Below, piece by piece: positions 60,820-64,000 of a DNA stretch of 64,000 bases. Under the pieces are notes generated by a model. That model was not told the origin of the DNA and ran no database searches. It saw only the letters and a program-made list of their open reading frames with translations. The stretch spans positions 1 to 64,000 of the forward strand of contig CAVVOB010000028.1 in assembly GCA_963749655.1 (NCBI GenBank), in the 5' to 3' direction. A program made the translations under genes and the position numbers. The stretch is from Nitrospirota bacterium (GTDB lineage Bacteria; Nitrospirota; UBA9217). Position 1 is the first letter of the stretch. Every line of letters begins with the position of its first letter.

Positions 60820-62175
60820 ATGCCGAACCTGTTGATCGTCGACGACGACGACTCCATAACCGCACTGCTGCGCCACAACTTCTCCTCCCGTCAATGGGAC
60901 GTCGCGGAAGCGCACGACGGTGCAAGCGCCCTGAGCCTGTCGGAGAAGCTCGGCCCCGACATCGTCCTGCTCGACATGCGGCTCCCCGACATGGACGGCA
61001 TGGAGGTACTGCAGCGGCTCAAGACGCAGGGGTGCACCGCAGCGATCATCATCATGACCGGGTGGGGCACCATAGAGAACGCGGTCAATGCAATCAAGCA
61101 GGGCGCCGAGCAATACCTGACCAAGCCGGTCAATCTGATCGAGCTGAACGCCCTGCTGGACCGGGTGATGGAGACGAGGAAGCTCAGGATCGAGAACCTC
61201 TACTACCAGCACCGCATGGACCACTCGGTCGTGGGATCGTCGACAGCTATATACCGGATCCATCATCTGATAGACCTGATGGCGGAAAACGCGGACACGA
61301 CCGTGCTGCTCCTCGGGGAAAGCGGCACAGGAAAGGAGCTGGCCGCGCGGGAGATCCACCGCAGGAGCGCCCGTCACGAACGCCCGTTCCTCGACATCAA
61401 CTGCGCGGTCCTGTCCGAAACGCTGCTGGAGAGCGAGATCTTCGGCCACGAGCGGGGCGCCTTCACCGACGCGCGGGAACGCAAGCCGGGGCTCCTCGAA
61501 GTGGCCGATGGCGGCACCGTATTTCTCGACGAAATCGGGGAACTGCCGCTTGCGGTCCAGCCGAAGCTGCTGCGGGTCTTGGAGACGCGGACGTTCAGGC
61601 GCCTCGGCAGCACCCGGGACATCAAGGTGAACGTCCGCCTCATCGCGGCCACCAACAGGGACCTCGCCGAAGCGGTGGCGCGCGGCCGTTTCCGGGATGA
61701 CCTCTACTATCGCCTCAAGGTCTTCCCCGTCGAGATCCCGCCGCTGCGCGACCGAAAGAGCGACATCCCGATCCTGCTGAACCATTTCGTGAACCACTAC
61801 AACGGCGTCCTTAAAAAATCACTCAGCGGCTTTACTCCTGCTGCAAGCGAGCTTCTCCAGGCGTACGCGTGGCCGGGCAATGTGCGGGAGCTCAAGAACA
61901 TCGTCGAGCGCGCAATGGTCCTCTCGCGAAACCCTGCCATGGACGTAGACCTGCTGCCGGTCGAGATCACCGGAATGACGCTTCGTGAGCAGGCTGCGGA
62001 ACCGCCGTTCCCGTCGGCCGCCGGTGCTGTGAAACCGCTGGATGAAGTGGAGCGCGACTACATTCTGTCCATCCTGAGAGCTCAGGACGGAAACAGGTCG
62101 ACCACGGCCCGGCTTCTCGGCATCGCCCGGTCGACGCTCCAGGAGAAACTCAAAAAATTCGGAGTTCAGGAGTGA
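60820..62175 (+). CDS. NtrC-family sigma54 response regulator
   Basis: REC, GESGTGKE, GAFTDA, WPGNVREL, Fis HTH. Confidence 0.96.
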   Translation: MPNLLIVDDDDSITALLRHNFSSRQWDVAEAHDGASALSLSEKLGPDIVLLDMRLPDMDGMEVLQRLKTQGCTAAIIIMTGWGTIENAVNAIKQGAEQYLTKPVNLIELNALLDRVMETRKLRIENLYYQHRMDHSVVGSSTAIYRIHHLIDLMAENADTTVLLLGESGTGKELAAREIHRRSARHERPFLDINCAVLSETLLESEIFGHERGAFTDARERKPGLLEVADGGTVFLDEIGELPLAVQPKLLRVLETRTFRRLGSTRDIKVNVRLIAATNRDLAEAVARGRFRDDLYYRLKVFPVEIPPLRDRKSDIPILLNHFVNHYNGVLKKSLSGFTPAASELLQAYAWPGNVRELKNIVERAMVLSRNPAMDVDLLPVEITGMTLREQAAEPPFPSAAGAVKPLDEVERDYILSILRAQDGNRSTTARLLGIARSTLQEKLKKFGVQE

Positions 62176-62963
62176 TCATGATCAGGACTGCCTTTATCCG
62201 CCGCTCACCGGGCTGCAGATCGAACTTCCGGAGCACTTGGCTTGCCGCCGTCATTCTGTTTGCGGTCCTGGCCCCTGCTTTCGCCTTTCCGGCGGATAGC
62301 CTGATCATTGAGCACGGCAGCCGGAGTTCACGCCTGGTCGCCTTGACCTTCGACGCCTGTCCTTCCAATCTTACCGATGAATACGATGAGGCGGTGATCA
62401 AGGTTCTTGTGAGCGAAAAGGTCCCTGCCACGCTCTTCCTGAGCGGCCGATGGGTCGAAAAAAATCGTGAGCGGGCCGCAGAACTCGCGCGTCTGCCCGG
62501 CTTCGAAATCGCGGCCCACAGCTACTATCACCCCCATCTGCTCGAAAAAGATGATGATCGCGTCATGCGGGAAATGCGTCGAACGCAGGCGATCATCAAA
62601 AAAGCGACCGGCAAGGTCCCGCGCTACTTCCGTCCACCCTATGGCGAGGTGGACGAACGCGTGGCCGGGCTGGCAAAGAAAGCCGGGCTCACGACGATAC
62701 AGTATGACATCGCGTCTGGCGACCCGGACCCCGGGCTTTCCGCGAAGCGGATCGTACGCGCCGTTCTTGCCGATGCACGGGGAGGCAGCATTATCGTATT
62801 TCATATGAACCGCAAAGGCGTGCATACGGCGGAGGTTCTGCCGGAGGTCATCAAGGGACTGCGGGAAAAGGAATTTACCCTGGTGACGGTCGGGGAGATG
62901 CTGAAAAAAGCGGAGAACAAACCTGTTGACGCGGATTCAGGACCGACTCCATCGTCGCCCTGA
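62172..62963 (+). CDS. Exported polysaccharide deacetylase (NodB-like)
   Basis: ALTFDAC, HSYYH, FRPPYG, IIVFH. Confidence 0.9.
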   Translation: MIMIRTAFIRRSPGCRSNFRSTWLAAVILFAVLAPAFAFPADSLIIEHGSRSSRLVALTFDACPSNLTDEYDEAVIKVLVSEKVPATLFLSGRWVEKNRERAAELARLPGFEIAAHSYYHPHLLEKDDDRVMREMRRTQAIIKKATGKVPRYFRPPYGEVDERVAGLAKKAGLTTIQYDIASGDPDPGLSAKRIVRAVLADARGGSIIVFHMNRKGVHTAEVLPEVIKGLREKEFTLVTVGEMLKKAENKPVDADSGPTPSSP

Positions 62964-62985
62964 ACTGGAAATACGATTTACGAAA

Positions 62986-63750
62986 TCAAACCCACCCGGG
63001 GGCCAGGCCATGGGCGGCCTCGTCGTTGATGAATCGACGGATCACCTCGCCGCCCTGGGGGGAGATGGTCAGGAACTGCAGGCCGACGCCCTGCAGGCCC
63101 GAGGATACTCCGCCTGAAGGCCGGCAGTAGACAACTCTCGCCTCCGCCGTGACAACCTGCCCGTGAAGGGTCATCTGGAGAAGGACCTGTGAATTCACGG
63201 GATAGGATTTCATGGTCCGTATGTGGATGCCTTTTGTCGAAAGATTCGTGGCGCACTCGTCCTCCACGCAGTCGAGCGGTCTGTCGTTGACGACAACGGG
63301 CAGGCGTGTCGGGATACGGACGTCGGCGCGGCGCGAACGCGGCTCCATAATGGGCGAAATGGCCCGGTAAAGATCATTGGACTGGACCGGTTTAACAAGG
63401 CAGGCCGCGGCTCCGGCCTCACGGCACTGTTTCTCGGTCTCGGGTGTGAGATCCGCGGTCATCACGACGATCGGAACGGCATGAGTGCGGGGCTCCTTTC
63501 TGATGCGCAGCATCAGCTCCATGCCGCTCATGCCCCTGAGGTTCAGTTCCGTGATAATGAGGGCCGGTGCGGCAGCTTCCGCCATCTCCAGGGCGGGCCC
63601 GGCACCTGACGCGGTGCAGACAGGGTACGTGATCCGCTGGAGGACCATGGACAAAAAGACGAGGTTCTGCGCGTCGCTGTCCACCACCAGCACAAAGCTG
63701 TTGTTCCTGTTTGCCGGTCCCGGGGCACCATCGTGCGTCAGATCTGTCAT
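62986..63750 (-). CDS. Receiver plus PilZ domain protein
   Basis: REC fold ending KPV; RRADVR and NLSTKG PilZ motifs. Confidence 0.88.
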   Translation of the reverse strand: MTDLTHDGAPGPANRNNSFVLVVDSDAQNLVFLSMVLQRITYPVCTASGAGPALEMAEAAAPALIITELNLRGMSGMELMLRIRKEPRTHAVPIVVMTADLTPETEKQCREAGAAACLVKPVQSNDLYRAISPIMEPRSRRADVRIPTRLPVVVNDRPLDCVEDECATNLSTKGIHIRTMKSYPVNSQVLLQMTLHGQVVTAEARVVYCRPSGGVSSGLQGVGLQFLTISPQGGEVIRRFINDEAAHGLAPGWV

Positions 63751-64000
63751 GACTTCTCCTTCACGACCCCCTGGCAGGGGCCCTCTTTTTTGCTCACCGG
63801 CAGTCCGCTTGTAAAGCTCAGGAAAGCACTCCTCAACCCAGGAACGATCCATGCGCCGATGTTGTCAGCCGCATGAGAGTCGCATACGTTCCACGATAAA
63901 TTTTATGGATTATACAGCCGCGGTTGTTTTTGTCAAGAAATTCGATTTTCCGCATTTTGACCGAAGGGACGAAAAGAGCAATGTGCTTGACAGGGAATGA

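Overview
The window has two parts. (1) About 865-32615 is a ~31.7 kb integrative element inserted at the 3' end of the tmRNA gene (ssrA, 32601-32953, minus strand). It has a tyrosine integrase, arm-type GTTACCCC repeats at both ends, AlpA, a CI/LexA-type repressor with a recognisable operator set, a lambda-O-like replication gene with iterons, Sak4/Gp157/SSB-like recombination genes and VRR-NUC. I found no capsid, terminase, tail, relaxase or T4SS genes. Where a late operon would be, there is a translationally coupled set: secreted coiled-coil protein, a 21-aa Gly/Lys 'MGGRG' peptide, DUF4417, a membrane ATPase, a YdjM-type hydrolase, then a PLD nuclease. AT-rich cargo blocks include a Menshen-like trio, an unnamed six-gene MTase/BglII-like/ParB/SNF2/DUF3883/EndoIII cluster, HEPN plus MazG, RES, and a four-gene dual radical-SAM operon. 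(2) About 33100-64000 is GC-rich host backbone, probably Nitrospirota- or Desulfobacterota-like (inference only): yggU-divIVA-yggT-proC-yggS-pgeF, a radical SAM gene, a PAS hybrid kinase, a Re-citrate-synthase-like gene, rpe-PASTA-rsmB-DUF116-fmt-def, a TPR protein, glnB-glnA and two-component genes, with several intergenic palindromic repeat families. Many single-base frameshifts in conserved genes suggest long-read assembly indels. All family calls come from motif recognition by eye, not database searches.
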